Notes: a model not told the origin generated them from the sequence alone. Positions 10,759 to 24,160 are shown, counted from the stretch's first letter. The stretch: DNA of 32,000 nt from Mycobacterium leprae TN (GCF_000195855.1 NC_002677.1:2070001-2102000), one strand, 5' to 3'. Translations and numbers: made by a program.

Positions 10759-10790
10759 GAAGGGCAGCCTAACGAGCCGCCCGGATCACC

Positions 10791-11549
10791 CTAGTCGCAG
10801 CCGCCTAGCAACAAAGAGGGCTGAGCAGCGGCGAACACCTCGACATAACGGCGACGTTCGGCAGCGATCCGTTCAGCCGGTTCCAGATCGAAGACCTCGT
10901 TGATGCCAGCTTTGGCAGCGGCCAGCGCATGCGGCAGGCCGTCGAGGAAGCGGCGCGCCCAAGCTGCGGCGATGTCATACACGTCGTCGGGAGCCACCAT
11001 GTCGTCGATCAGGCCCAACGCCAAGGCCTCCGCCGCATCAAAGAAGCGCCCGCTGAACACCAGGTCCTTGGCCCTGCTCACGCCGGCTACGCGAGTCAGT
11101 CGGGCCAATCCATCACCATCCGGGACCAGGTCGGCCAGGATCTCGGTAGCGCCGAACTTCACGTTGTCGCCGCTGACCCGCCAATCGGCAGCCAGGGCCA
11201 ACGTCAGGCCCGCTCCCAGCGCGTATCCGGTAATCGCGGCCACGGTCGGCTTCGGGATCGTCGCTACGGCGTCAACAGCCTGACGGCGGACCTCAGCAGC
11301 GACGCCAGCCTCCACCGCGGTCAGAGTCCGCAGCTCTTGCATGTCGTCGCCGGCGGAGAAAATATCGTGGCCGCCAAACAATATAACCGCAGCAACGTCG
11401 TCGCGACGTCCAAGTTCGTCGGCGGCCATCGCTATTTCCCTGTAAAACTGGCGTGTCATCGCGTTGGTGGGCGGTCGCGAGAGGAGCAATATGGCCAGGC
11501 CAGCATCCTGCGAGCCGTCGCTAACCACAATATTGACGAATTCGCTCAT
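10791..11549 (-). CDS. echA17: Enoyl-CoA hydratase/isomerase family protein
   Basis: Intact 252-aa crotonase-fold ORF: [11 protein letters not shown]..., [37 protein letters not shown]. Gene symbol from synteny with Rv3039c. Confidence 0.85.
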   Translation of the reverse strand: MSEFVNIVVSDGSQDAGLAILLLSRPPTNAMTRQFYREIAMAADELGRRDDVAAVILFGGHDIFSAGDDMQELRTLTAVEAGVAAEVRRQAVDAVATIPKPTVAAITGYALGAGLTLALAADWRVSGDNVKFGATEILADLVPDGDGLARLTRVAGVSRAKDLVFSGRFFDAAEALALGLIDDMVAPDDVYDIAAAWARRFLDGLPHALAAAKAGINEVFDLEPAERIAAERRRYVEVFAAAQPSLLLGGCD

Positions 11550-12424
11550 GACGAGCGCATAAGTCGATGGTGTTTACCGGCTGTGCCCGGCTTCGCCGCG
11601 CTTGCGCTCACCACTACGGCTACCGCGACGATCCACCGGAAATCCGCGCCTGGCTGTAACGATCGTAGTCGAAAAACTCGATCTCCCAGTTGTCGTCCCG
11701 CTTCACCAGATGTGGCCGCAACGAAAACAACCTGACGTTCGACGGCCAGCACATCAGCTACGGTGTGGCCTATCAGCGCACCCAGCTGTGTCCAGTTCGG
11801 GGGAAGCAGGAAGTTACGGTTGGCGGCGAAGTCATCGGCCACCGCCTGAAACGTCCGATCGGATTCGATGTTCTCCCCGTGGGGGCGCTGCCCTTCCGGC
11901 AACACCCCCACAAAGAAGAAGTAGGTGTCGTAGCGGCGGGTCGGCTCGGCCTCTGGGGTAACCCAATTGACCCACGGCCGAAGCAGGTCGGATCGCAGTA
12001 CTAGATTTTCGCGGTGCAGGAAGTCTGCGAACGACAGTGTCCGGTCGGCCAGTGCTCGGCGCCCCTCGCCGTACACCGAAGCGTCTGTAACAATGCCGCC
12101 CAGTGACGAAAGCGACCGGCCGACCGGCCCAGCGAACAGCACCCCCGTCTCCTCGAACGTCTCGCGAGCGGTAGCGCAGACCAGCGCCTCGACCAGATCG
12201 GCTGTAACGCCGAACCGTTGCGCCCACCACGCCAGCAACGGCCCAGCCCACGCGATGTAGACGTTGCGATCGCGATCGTCGACACCACCACCGGAAAACA
12301 CCATAGCCCGGGCGACCAACTCCATCGCTGCGTGCCGGCGCATCAAAAAGACGATCAAGCCCTCTGGACTATCTGGAATCTCCCGAATCAGCATCACGGT
12401 CTCCGCCGGTCGCGGTGACGTCAT
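11546..12424 (-). CDS. Nudix-family hydrolase-like protein (Rv3040c-like)
   Basis: Intact 292-aa ORF with split Nudix signature: [10 protein letters not shown]...[insert]...[14 protein letters not shown]. 4-nt overlap with both neighbouring genes. Confidence 0.75.
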   Translation of the reverse strand: MTSPRPAETVMLIREIPDSPEGLIVFLMRRHAAMELVARAMVFSGGGVDDRDRNVYIAWAGPLLAWWAQRFGVTADLVEALVCATARETFEETGVLFAGPVGRSLSSLGGIVTDASVYGEGRRALADRTLSFADFLHRENLVLRSDLLRPWVNWVTPEAEPTRRYDTYFFFVGVLPEGQRPHGENIESDRTFQAVADDFAANRNFLLPPNWTQLGALIGHTVADVLAVERQVVFVAATSGEAGRQLGDRVFRLRSLQPGADFRWIVAVAVVVSASAAKPGTAGKHHRLMRSS

Positions 12425-13338
12425 AACTGCCTCCGGTGAGCTGCTCGGGCGCGGACTCTGCGAGCGAAATAGCGCCCGTCGATAACATCCAGAGCGATCG
12501 ACTGACCGAACGCGGTGGACAGATTTTCTGCTGTCAGCACGTCGGACAGCAAACCCGCGGCGACGACCTTGGCCTCCGACAGCAGCAGACAGTGGCTAAA
12601 GCCAGGTGGAACCTCCTCCACGTGGTGGGTAACGAGCACTAGCGCCGGAGCATACGCGTCGGCGGCCAGATCAGCCAGCCGGGAGACCAACTCCTCGCGA
12701 GCACCCAAGTCGAGACTGGCGGCAGGTTCATCGAGCAGCAGTAGCTCCGGATCAGTCATCAATGCCCGGGCGATCAGCACCCGCTTGCGCTCACCTTCAG
12801 ACAGCGTACCGAAGGTGCGGTCGGCGAGGTGTTCGGCACCCATACTCTCCAGCATGTCGACCGCTCGCTGGTAGTCGACACCTTCGTACCGTTCGCGCCA
12901 GCGTCCCAGCACCGCATAGCCCGCCGACACCACGAGATCGCGCACCACTTCATTGCTAGGCACCCGCTGCGTCAGAACCGACGAACTCAGGCCAATGCGC
13001 GCACGCAACTCGGAGATGTCTATGCGCCCCAACCGCTCACCGAGCACATAGGCAACGCCCGTCGACGGGTGGTCGGCCGCTGCAGCAATGCGCAACAGCG
13101 ACGTCTTGCCGGCCCCATTGGGGCCGATAATCACCCAGCGTTCGTCGAGTTCCACTGCCCAATCCAGCGGCCCAACCAGGACACGCCCTTCGCAGCGCAG
13201 GGATACGTCCTTAAAGTCGATCAGCAGATCGGGATCGGCTGCGTCGCTGCCAGTTTCAGGGCCAAGTTGGGACACTCGGACATCGTGCCGTACCGCGATG
13301 CTGCGACGGTTGCCGGGTAGCCTCGACCAAGTCGCCAC
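12421..13338 (-). CDS. ABC transporter ATP-binding protein (Rv3041c-like)
   Basis: Intact 305-aa ORF with Walker A GPNGAGKTSLLR, signature LSEGERKRVLIARALM, Walker B PELLLLDEPAA, switch H VLVTHHVEE. Confidence 0.9.
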   Translation of the reverse strand: MATWSRLPGNRRSIAVRHDVRVSQLGPETGSDAADPDLLIDFKDVSLRCEGRVLVGPLDWAVELDERWVIIGPNGAGKTSLLRIAAAADHPSTGVAYVLGERLGRIDISELRARIGLSSSVLTQRVPSNEVVRDLVVSAGYAVLGRWRERYEGVDYQRAVDMLESMGAEHLADRTFGTLSEGERKRVLIARALMTDPELLLLDEPAASLDLGAREELVSRLADLAADAYAPALVLVTHHVEEVPPGFSHCLLLSEAKVVAAGLLSDVLTAENLSTAFGQSIALDVIDGRYFARRVRARAAHRRQL

Positions 13339-13347
13339 GGGAAGCGG

Positions 13348-14622
<1,275 letters not shown>

Positions 14623-16368
14623 TCAGTGTAAACTCACCTCAACGAGCTCCTCGGCGTGACGGCGCCCAACGTATGCCTCGTCGCGCAATCGTTCCACCAT
14701 GTGCGGGTAGTGCAGCTCAAACGCCGGACGCTCCGAACGAATCCGGGGCAGCTCAGTGAAGTTATGCCGCGGCGGCGGACAACTGGTCGCCCATTCCAGG
14801 GAGTTGCCGTATCCCCACGGGTCGTCCACGGTCACCACCTCGCCGTAGCGCCAACTCTTAAATACGTTCCACACAAACGGAAACATCGACGCACCCAGGA
14901 TGAAGGACCCGATAGTCGAGACAACATTCAAACCCTGGAAGCCGTCGGTGGGCAGATAGTCGGCGTAGCGTCGAGGCATGCCCATGTCACCCAACCAGTG
15001 CTGCACCAAGAACGTGGTATGGAAACCGATGAACGTCAGCCAGAAGTGCAGCTTGCCCAGCTGCTCGTCAAGCAGCCGACCGGTCATCTTGGGGAACCAG
15101 AAGTAGATACCGGCAAACGTGGAGAACACGATAGTGCCGAACAGCACGTAATGGAAATGCGCTACGACGAAATAGCTGTCAGTCACATGAAAATCCAGCG
15201 GCGGGCTGGCTAGCAACACGCCAGTCAAACCACCCAACAAGAAAGTGACCGCGAAGCCGACCGAAAACAACATCGGCGTCTCAAAAGTCAACTGGCCCTT
15301 CCACATTGTGCCGACCCAGTTAAAGAATTTGATCCCGGTCGGCACCGCGATCAAATACGTCATAAACGAAAAGAACGGCAGCAGAACAGCACCGGTGGCG
15401 AACATGTGGTGCGCCCACACCGCGACCGATAACGCAGCGATAGACAACGTCGCGTAAACCAGCGTGGTGTAGCCGAAGATGGGCTTGCGGGAAAAGACCG
15501 GGAAGATCTCTGAGACGATCCCGAAGAACGGCAGCGCGATGATGTAAACTTCGGGGTGGCCGAAGAACCAGAACAGGTGCTGCCACAACAGCACTCCGCC
15601 GTTGGCCGCGTCGTAGATGTGAGCTCCCAGATGCCGGTCGGCGGCCAACCCAAAAAGCGCAGCAGTGAGCAGGGGGAACGCAATCAGCACCAGGATCGAT
15701 GTCACCAAGATATTCCAGGTGAAGATCGGCATCCGGAACATCGTCATCCCGGGCGCGCGCAGGCAGACCACGGTGGTGATCATGTTAACCGCACCCAAGA
15801 TGGTGCCCAAACCGGCGACAATCAAACCCATAATCCACAGGTCGCCGCCGACACCGGGAGAGTGGATGGCGTCGGTCAACGGCGTATAGGCGGTCCAGCC
15901 GAAGTCGGCGGCCCCACCTGGTGTGATGAAACCGGCCATCCCGATGGCGGCGCCGAACAAGAACAACCAGAACGAAAAGGCATTCAGCCGTGGGAATGCC
16001 ACGTCGGGTGCACCGATTTGCAGCGGCAGCACCAGGTTGGCAAAGCCAAACACTATAGGGGTGGCATAGAAAAGCAACATGATCGTGCCGTGCATGGTGA
16101 ACAGCTGGTTGAACTGTTCATTGGACAAGAACTGCAAGCCAGGTGCGGCCAACTCGGTACGCATCAGCAACGCCAGCAAGCCGCCCACAAAGAAGAAGAT
16201 GAAGCAGGCAACACAGTACATGATACCGATCATCTTGTGATCGGTAGTGGTGATCAGCTTATATACGAGGTTCCCTTTGGGACCAGTGCGGGCCGGGTAT
16301 GGACGGATGGCCTTGAGTTCTCCCGACGAGAGCGCTTCGGCTGTCAACAGCTCCTCCAAAACATCCAT
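14623..16368 (-). CDS. ctaD: Cytochrome c oxidase subunit I
   Basis: Intact 581-aa haem-copper oxidase: [46 protein letters not shown]. Confidence 0.97.
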   Translation of the reverse strand: MDVLEELLTAEALSSGELKAIRPYPARTGPKGNLVYKLITTTDHKMIGIMYCVACFIFFFVGGLLALLMRTELAAPGLQFLSNEQFNQLFTMHGTIMLLFYATPIVFGFANLVLPLQIGAPDVAFPRLNAFSFWLFLFGAAIGMAGFITPGGAADFGWTAYTPLTDAIHSPGVGGDLWIMGLIVAGLGTILGAVNMITTVVCLRAPGMTMFRMPIFTWNILVTSILVLIAFPLLTAALFGLAADRHLGAHIYDAANGGVLLWQHLFWFFGHPEVYIIALPFFGIVSEIFPVFSRKPIFGYTTLVYATLSIAALSVAVWAHHMFATGAVLLPFFSFMTYLIAVPTGIKFFNWVGTMWKGQLTFETPMLFSVGFAVTFLLGGLTGVLLASPPLDFHVTDSYFVVAHFHYVLFGTIVFSTFAGIYFWFPKMTGRLLDEQLGKLHFWLTFIGFHTTFLVQHWLGDMGMPRRYADYLPTDGFQGLNVVSTIGSFILGASMFPFVWNVFKSWRYGEVVTVDDPWGYGNSLEWATSCPPPRHNFTELPRIRSERPAFELHYPHMVERLRDEAYVGRRHAEELVEVSLH

Positions 16369-16480
16369 TCCGGACAGGGGCGCACACTACGCATTGCATT
16401 ACAGACTGTAATTTTAGCCCCCGAACAGGTGGGCGGTAGATCTGATCCGACAAAACTGTCGTATATGCCTCACCGAGTCG

Positions 16481-17656
16481 GTGCGGCACGCAGCGTCACC
16501 GGAACCGCGCTGGCCGGATGTTACGGTCGAACGCGTGCTATCCGTCGCAATACAACACCTATTGCTACCCACCAGGGCCATCGTCACAGTAGCGGCGGCG
16601 GTAATAGCAGTGGGTAGCGGTTGCGGGTCGGGACAGCCCGGAAGCAAACCATCGTCACCCACCCGGTCGCTGCTCACCCCCACCACCCAAATCGCGGGAG
16701 CCACTGTGATCGGAAATGAGCGCCGGCCGGACCAAGCCTGCGCACCAGAGCCAGCGACGGTTGATCCGGGGCCGCCGACACGGCCGGCCCACAACGTCGC
16801 GGGAGTCAAACCAGATGTGGTCCAGGTGCCAGCTGAAGCACAGCGCATCGTGGTGCTGGCCGGTGACCAGCTCGATGCGCTGTGCGCGCTTGGCTTGCAA
16901 TACCGAGTCGCCGCCGCCGCATTGCCGAACGACTCCGTAAGCCAGCCCTCCTACCTGGGCAAAACCGTGCATGGCCTGCCCGGCGTCGGTACCCGCAGGG
17001 CCCCGGACCTGAGCGCTATTGCGGCTACTCAACCAGATCTGATTCTGGGCTCTCAAGAGTTGACGCCGCAATTATATCCGCAGCTAACGGCGATCGCCCC
17101 GACGGTGTTCACAGCAGCAGCACCGGGCGCAACGTGGGAAGACAACCTTCGTGGTGTCGGCGCTGCCACGGCGCGCAACGATGCCGTAGAAACACTGATC
17201 AACGGCTTCTCCCAACGGGCCACCCAGATCGGGGCCACTCATGACGCAACCCACTACCAAGTGTCCATCGTCCAGCTGACCACCAACACTATGCGGGTTT
17301 ACGGATCCAATAATTTCCCGGCCCGCGTGCTAACCGCGGTCGGAGTGGACCGGCCCACGTCACAGCGATTCACCGACCAGGCTTATATTCAGAGCGGGAT
17401 CACCGATGCTGATCTCGCGAAGGAGCCGGATTTCTCCGCGGTTGACGCCGACATCATCTACGTATCGTGCACCTCACCGGCAGTCGCAAAGCGCGCCGCC
17501 ACCGTGCTCGACAGCGGCCCGTGGCGCAAGCTGTCCGCCAATCATGACAACCGTATCTTCATCGTCAACGATGAAGTGTGGCAGACCGGTGAGGGCTTGA
17601 TCGCGGCCCGCGGCATCGTCGATGACCTGAGGTGGATCAACGCACCAATCAATTAA
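16481..17656 (+). CDS. fecB: Periplasmic iron(III)-siderophore/dicitrate binding lipoprotein
   Basis: Intact ORF from GTG 16481 (GTG 16535 is an alternative start); signal sequence ending in a VGSGC lipobox-like motif; periplasmic binding domain RIVVLAGDQLDALCALGLQYRVAAAALP, GTRRAPDLSAIAATQPDLILGSQE. Synteny with Rv3044. Confidence 0.88.
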   Translation: MRHAASPEPRWPDVTVERVLSVAIQHLLLPTRAIVTVAAAVIAVGSGCGSGQPGSKPSSPTRSLLTPTTQIAGATVIGNERRPDQACAPEPATVDPGPPTRPAHNVAGVKPDVVQVPAEAQRIVVLAGDQLDALCALGLQYRVAAAALPNDSVSQPSYLGKTVHGLPGVGTRRAPDLSAIAATQPDLILGSQELTPQLYPQLTAIAPTVFTAAAPGATWEDNLRGVGAATARNDAVETLINGFSQRATQIGATHDATHYQVSIVQLTTNTMRVYGSNNFPARVLTAVGVDRPTSQRFTDQAYIQSGITDADLAKEPDFSAVDADIIYVSCTSPAVAKRAATVLDSGPWRKLSANHDNRIFIVNDEVWQTGEGLIAARGIVDDLRWINAPIN

Positions 17657-17963
17657 CATTGTAAGCCTGAAGTTCGTTGAATATTCACAGTGAATAAGAT
17701 CACAGCGACATTCTTCAGGGCATGTCACCGCAGCTTTGTCAATGTCGCGGTAGTCACCGGTGGCGGCTTTCAACAAATTAATAAAACGAACTTCAGATGC
17801 AAGGAGCTAGTGATGAGCGCAAGCGCGGTAAAGCCGGGCTAGCGAGTCACCACCATCGACCTAATTACTTACCCCGATTGAGGGGGCAGAGATAAGCTTT
17901 CGGTATTCACAGCTAATGAAGTCACACGTGTCAAAACACAGAAGAAAGAGAAGATTAGGTGCC

Positions 17964-19004
17964 ATGACTACCGTCTCCGCTTACGCCGCCACGTCGGCGA
18001 CCGAACCGCTAACCAAGGTCACCATCAACCGCCGCGCCCCGGGTCCGCACGACGTAGCAATCCAGATCAAGTTCGCCGGTATCTGCCACTCCGATATCCA
18101 CACCGTAAAAGCTGAGTGGGGCCAACCGAATTACCCTGTGGTACCAGGCCATGAGATCGCTGGCGTGGTGACCGCGGTGGGCACTGAGGTCACCAAGCAC
18201 AAGGTGGGCGACCGCGTCGGCGTGGGCTGCATGGTGGGCTCTTGCGGTGAATGCAGCAGCTGCCTAGCTGGCATCGAGCAGTACTGTAAACGGGGCGCGA
18301 CCTTTACCTACAACTCGATCGGCACAGACGGCCAGTCAACACAAGGCGGCTACAGCCAGGCAATCGTCGTCGACGAGAACTTTGTCGTACACATACCCGA
18401 TGCGCTACCGCTGGACGCCGCCGCACCGCTGCTGTGCGCGGGCATCACGCTCTACTCACCGCTTAGGCATTGGAATGCTAAGCCGGGCACGCGGCTCGCA
18501 ATCATCGGTTTGGGCGGTCTCGGGCACATGGGTGTCAAGCTGGGCAGAAAGATGGGCTGTGAAGTGACGGTGCTGTCCCAGTCGCTGAAGAAGATGGAGG
18601 ACGGACTGCAGCTGGGCGCCAGCAACTATTACGCAACTGCCGATCCCGACACCTTCCGCAAACTACGTGGCAGTTTCGACCTGATTTTGAACACCGTCTC
18701 GGCGAATCTGGATCTCGGCAAATACCTGAACCTGCTTGATGTCAACGGGACGCTCGTCGAGCTGGGCATTCCCGAGCACCCGATGTTGGTGCCGGCATTC
18801 GCGCTGGCACTCATGCGGCGCAGCCTAGCTGGGTCGAACATCGGCGGGATCACCGAAACCCAGGAGATGATGAATTTCAGTGCTGAACATAGTGTTACAC
18901 CGGAAATAGAGCTCATCGAACCGGACTACATCAACGAAGCCTATGAACGAGTGCTGGCAAGCGACGTGCGGTACCGCTTCGTCATAAACATATCAAGTTT
19001 GTAA
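17964..19004 (+). CDS. adhC: NADP-dependent zinc alcohol dehydrogenase
   Basis: Start at ATG 17964, preceded by AGG-rich sequence (tracked ORF opens at 17916). [57 protein letters not shown]. Confidence 0.93.
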   Translation: MTTVSAYAATSATEPLTKVTINRRAPGPHDVAIQIKFAGICHSDIHTVKAEWGQPNYPVVPGHEIAGVVTAVGTEVTKHKVGDRVGVGCMVGSCGECSSCLAGIEQYCKRGATFTYNSIGTDGQSTQGGYSQAIVVDENFVVHIPDALPLDAAAPLLCAGITLYSPLRHWNAKPGTRLAIIGLGGLGHMGVKLGRKMGCEVTVLSQSLKKMEDGLQLGASNYYATADPDTFRKLRGSFDLILNTVSANLDLGKYLNLLDVNGTLVELGIPEHPMLVPAFALALMRRSLAGSNIGGITETQEMMNFSAEHSVTPEIELIEPDYINEAYERVLASDVRYRFVINISSL

Positions 19005-19021
19005 GGCTGTGACGTCGGCGC

Positions 19022-19062
19022 GGATTCGCCATGAACTGACTTCAGTCAGCATGGACGAATCC
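19022..19062 (+). terminator. Candidate terminator hairpin downstream of adhC, no U-tract
   Basis: GGATTCGCCATG-aa-CTGACT-tc-AGTCAG-CATGG-a-CGAATCC: about 18 paired bases with two small bulges, 17 nt after the adhC stop. Confidence 0.55.
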
Positions 19063-20583
19063 TGAGATGCCAGCCAACGGCTAGCCAGAGACGAAGACAT
19101 ATCAACAACTGCGGGTAGATCTGTAGGCACAAGCCGTGACTCAACATAACACCCGGTTGGCCAACTGTCGGTAATGCAAGCGCTTTTCCTTGGAACCATC
19201 AACGGCTACAACAAAGTTATAAATTATAAAGTTATAAGTTATATTGTCCGAGCTTTTCCAGCGGGAGCACTGGAACGTTTATTCCTAATGAATCTACAGT
19301 GTTTGGCTTGTCCCAACCACGAGTTGTGGCGGCCGACCAACCTAAAATTTGAGGTCGACACAGAACGGTTCAACGGGTGTCTGAACTGGTGAGACATTTC
19401 GACAGGCTGTCCGTCAGCGTGCTCCAGGGTGACATGTACGGAATATGCTTGGTTCATGGCAGTCCACAGGACTTCAAATACCAAGACTTTAGAGGATACC
19501 TGCCAGGATCCGGGTTGGTACGGCTGAATAACCGCTTGGTCTATGCCTCCTCCCGAGAACAAACAGCATGTTGTTCACGGCTTCGGCATGATTCCACAAG
19601 AGCCCGGTTACTTCCATCGCTAGCTCACCTAATATAAAGACGAATGTCACTTATTGCGGTCATACCGCATCAAAACCAGCGGTATGACCGTCAGGAATGG
19701 TGGTGAAATCGCCTAGTTGACGCCGAAATTCTTGAAATCAATGAGGCAACAAGGAGCATGTCACTGCCCATGGGGATGTCGGTCGTCAAATTCTACCAAG
19801 TATTTGAGAACCGTCCCCGCTGGGTAGCAAATAAGAAAGACCGAACTGCCACGTATTTGATGGTAGAGTGTATAAACGGACATCGGTCGATTGTTGCCGC
19901 AGTAATTTACAACGAGACTCGCCACGTAGTTCGTCCTATTACATCTCGCAAGTAGCGAAGGCTATGAGATTAAGTAAAGGGGCTCTGGAGGGGAGAGGAT
20001 GATATGACCGACAACCACAAACATCGCAAGAATGACGCTCAACTCGCAGATAAGCTTGAGAAAGCAGTGATGGCCCGACGCGGAGTGGGGAGAACCGATT
20101 GACGAAGGTGGACCAAAGCGGCCTGAACAGAGGCAACGTGCGGCAATGGTCAGCATTCGTCTCATAGCCGAACAGTTGAGCGTTGTTCAGGAAGCAGCGA
20201 CGACCATGGTCTCAGTGTGAGCCGGTACTTGTGCAACAACTCTCTGCACTCTCAGAGCTCGATGGACCTGCTCCCCTTGGGACTGCTTGTCGCCAATGGT
20301 AATTCGGCAAACAGACCAACACCCTCAGGCACGCTGACTGACCCAATCGATGTGGCCCTACCACGACCTATCCTTGGCCGAGCGTCTATCTCAAATAGAC
20401 AGATGCCCCGGAAACCTCTTAGGAGATCCACTATGTCCGTCAAGCGGTGACCGGATCAATCCGCGATGCGCTACTTCGCCTCCGGCACAGCTCACCCAGC
20501 GGGCAAGCGCGTATCGCCACAAATGGATGGCTTCGGAACCGAAGACTAACCGATCAGGAGTTTGCTGGATCAGGCGAGTAGAC

Positions 20584-21599
<1,016 letters not shown>

Positions 21600-21641
21600 T
21601 CACACGCTCTAGTCAGCTGACAGTCTTCTTACTGTACTTAG

Positions 21642-21696
21642 ACCTTAAACACTACCCTTGGGGTCCGACATAACGCCGCAACACAAGAAGTAGTGT
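21642..21696 (-). promoter_or_regulatory. Candidate nrdF promoter with tandem NrdR-box-like dyads
   Basis: acaCAAgaagTAGtgt (21681-21696) and weaker acaCTAccctTGGggt (21649-21664), centres 32 bp apart; TAAGGT -10-like element on the minus strand at 21642-21647. Confidence 0.6.
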
Positions 21697-21824
21697 TTTG
21701 CGTGTCGACTAGCCCAGCCACCTAATTAGCCACCGTGAGCGGCGCATGCCGGTGCGATGCCCATCCCCACTCCAAAGAATTGGTACTCCGTGGGCTTGAC
21801 CGAGCGGGTCCCACCCCAGTACTG

Positions 21825-23298
21825 TCAAGTGTAACTGCCCCAAAGCACGGTGTTCTTGCCATGTTCATCGAGATACCAGCTACTGCAACCGCCGCTGTTC
21901 CACACCGAGTTAGCCAGATTGCCTTCCAGTTCGTCGTTGAAACGGTCCTGCGCAGCACGCGTCGGAGCCAGCGCCTGTGCGCCTAACCGATCGCACGTCG
22001 CGATCGCGTCGACGACGTAGCGGATTTGGGATTCGATCATGAACACGACGGAGTTGTGCCCTAGTCCGGTGTTAGGTCCCAGCAAGAAGAACAAATTAGG
22101 CATATCAGCGACGGTGATCCCGCGGTGAGCGGCAATGCCCTCACGGTTCCAGCGATCTACCAAATCCTCACCGTGGCATCCTTTGATCTGGACATAGGTG
22201 TAGGACTCGGTGGCATGAAAACCGGTACCGTAGACGATCACGTCCACTTCTCGGAAGAACGCACGGCCAGTACCGTCGACAGTGACGATTCCGTCGCGCG
22301 TGATTCGGCTTATGGCCTCGGTCACTAAATTCAGTCTTCGGGTTAGCGACCGCCCGTTAATAACTGGAAGAATTCAGGATTCGCTTGCACCCGACGCGGT
22401 AGTGCGGAACTAGCTTACGACTCAGCTCGGGGTCTTTCACCGAGTGGCGGATGTTCCATTTGGCGAGAGCTTCGATGACCTTGAGTGTGTTCGGTCGCTT
22501 TGTCATGCCGTACGCCAACGCCTCATGCGCCCAGTAGATACCGGCACGCAGCAAGGCCCGTAGTCCCGGAACATTCGTCAGAACACGCTGCAGCCACAAT
22601 GGCAATTCTACGTTAATGCGCGGCACCACCCAGGGTGGGGTGCGTTGATAGAGTTGGAGTTCGGCAACCTGGTAGACGATCTCCGGCACGATTTGGATCG
22701 CGCTGGCGCCAGTCCCGATCATCGCCACCCGCTTTCCAGTCAAATCCACACCGTGATCCCAGTGCGCGGAATGGAAAGCGGTGCCGCGGAATTCGTCACG
22801 GCCTTCGATGTCAGGGATCGACGGGATATGCAGCGCACCGCCCCCCGAGATCAAGAACTGGGCAACGTATTCTCGCTCATCGGAAGTGAACACATGCCAC
22901 CGGTACTCGTCCTCGTCCCAGTGGCCACGATCTACCAGCGAGTTGAAAACTATGTAACGACGCAGTTCGTATTTCTCGGTCACTCCCTTGAGGTAGTCCC
23001 AGATCTCAGGTTGGTAGGAAAACAAGTGTTTCCAATCTGGCTTGGGCTCGAATGAGAAGGAATACAGGTGAGATGGGATGTCGCATGCACAGCCGGGGTA
23101 ACTGTTGTCCCGCCACGTACCGCCGATGTCGTCGACTTTTTCCAGGATCACCAAGTCGACGCCTTGCCGTTGCAACGCAATCGCCATCCCCAGACCAGAA
23201 AACCCGGTACCAATAATGAGAGCACGGGTATGCACCAACTGATGACCCTCGATCCCCAGCTCGGCATGAGTGTCCGGTCGAGTCCCGGCATTTGTCAC
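21825..23298 (-). pseudogene. FAD-dependent Baeyer-Villiger-type monooxygenase (Rv3049c-like) with a frameshift
   Basis: N-terminal ORF 22357-23298 (IIGTGFSGLGMAIALQRQGVDLVILEKVDDIGGTWRDNSYPGCACDIPSHLYSFSF) and C-terminal ORF 21825-22325 (RDGIVTVDG...VIVYGTGFHATESY...FFLLGPNTGLGHNS) lie in different frames; the junction is at about 22326-22360. Confidence 0.85.
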
Positions 23299-23449
23299 GT
23301 TGGATCAGTCTTCCTATGGAAACCTGTGCGCGACATGCGCATTTTTAGCCTAGGCATCTAGCTGTCACAAATATCCGGTACCCGGGGTATCGTACACAAA
23401 TTTCAATATGATTTTTCGATCATCGTAACGATGTCAACACCGTCAATGC

Positions 23450-24160
23450 TCAGCTCGCGGAGCGATCGAGTGGTACCGCATCGTGGATCGGCCGATCAGG
23501 ATTCATCGAGATGCCAAGCGTCTCTGCGGTTCCGACGATGACGGCCATCATGATGATCGTCAGATGCGCGACGAACTGCTCACGTGGCATCCGCCGCGGG
23601 CTATCGGGTTCGGGACCCAACCACCACTCTGTGGCCGACGCAACCGATCCGAAGGCGGCGAACGCGGCAAGTTCGCTAGCCGCGCGGTTTAGCTCCATTT
23701 CCCGCAGCTCGTTGTTGAACATCTCGGCCATGGTCAGGGTGATTTCGCGGCCTTCGTCGAGGGTCCGAACTGTTGCCTCGGACTGCGCCGAGAAACGGCC
23801 TTGGATGAAAACCCGCAACACATTGGGATGTTTGTCGACGAGGCTGACATATTCGTCGACGCTGCGCCGGATGATTTCGCGAGCCGAGTCGGTAGCTAAG
23901 TCGATAGCCGGAAAGATCGCCGCCCACAGCATGTCACGCAGACGTATGCCGATAGCTTCGAACAGATCGGACTTGTCGGTGAAGTGCCGGTAGATCTTGG
24001 GCTTAGCGGTTCCGGCCTCTTCGGCGATTTCCCGCACACTGACCTCAGGCCCCAGCCGGTCGAGAGCGCGGAAAGCCGCATCGACGATTTCGCCGCGCAC
24101 CTTCTTACGGTGTTCACGCCAACGTTCACTGCGTGCGTCGATCTTCACCCCGGGTTTCAT
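23450..24160 (-). CDS. TetR-family transcriptional regulator (Rv3050c-like)
   Basis: Internal ATG at 24160 is the likely start (MKPGVKIDARSERWREHRKKVRGEIVDAAFRALDRLGPEVSVREIAEEAGTAKPKIYRHFTDKSDLFEAIG). The tracked ORF extends upstream to 24424 over the nrdE end. Confidence 0.85.
   Translation of the reverse strand: MKPGVKIDARSERWREHRKKVRGEIVDAAFRALDRLGPEVSVREIAEEAGTAKPKIYRHFTDKSDLFEAIGIRLRDMLWAAIFPAIDLATDSAREIIRRSVDEYVSLVDKHPNVLRVFIQGRFSAQSEATVRTLDEGREITLTMAEMFNNELREMELNRAASELAAFAAFGSVASATEWWLGPEPDSPRRMPREQFVAHLTIIMMAVIVGTAETLGISMNPDRPIHDAVPLDRSAS

Noticed and set aside
10929-11735. 268-aa plus-strand ORF antisense to echA17-like gene
   Set aside because: Mirror-frame artefact of a conserved coding sequence.
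15556-16617. 353-aa plus-strand ORF antisense to ctaD
   Set aside because: Lies opposite a clearly conserved cytochrome oxidase gene; the translation is Q/R/H-rich with no family resemblance, typical of a shadow ORF in GC-rich DNA.
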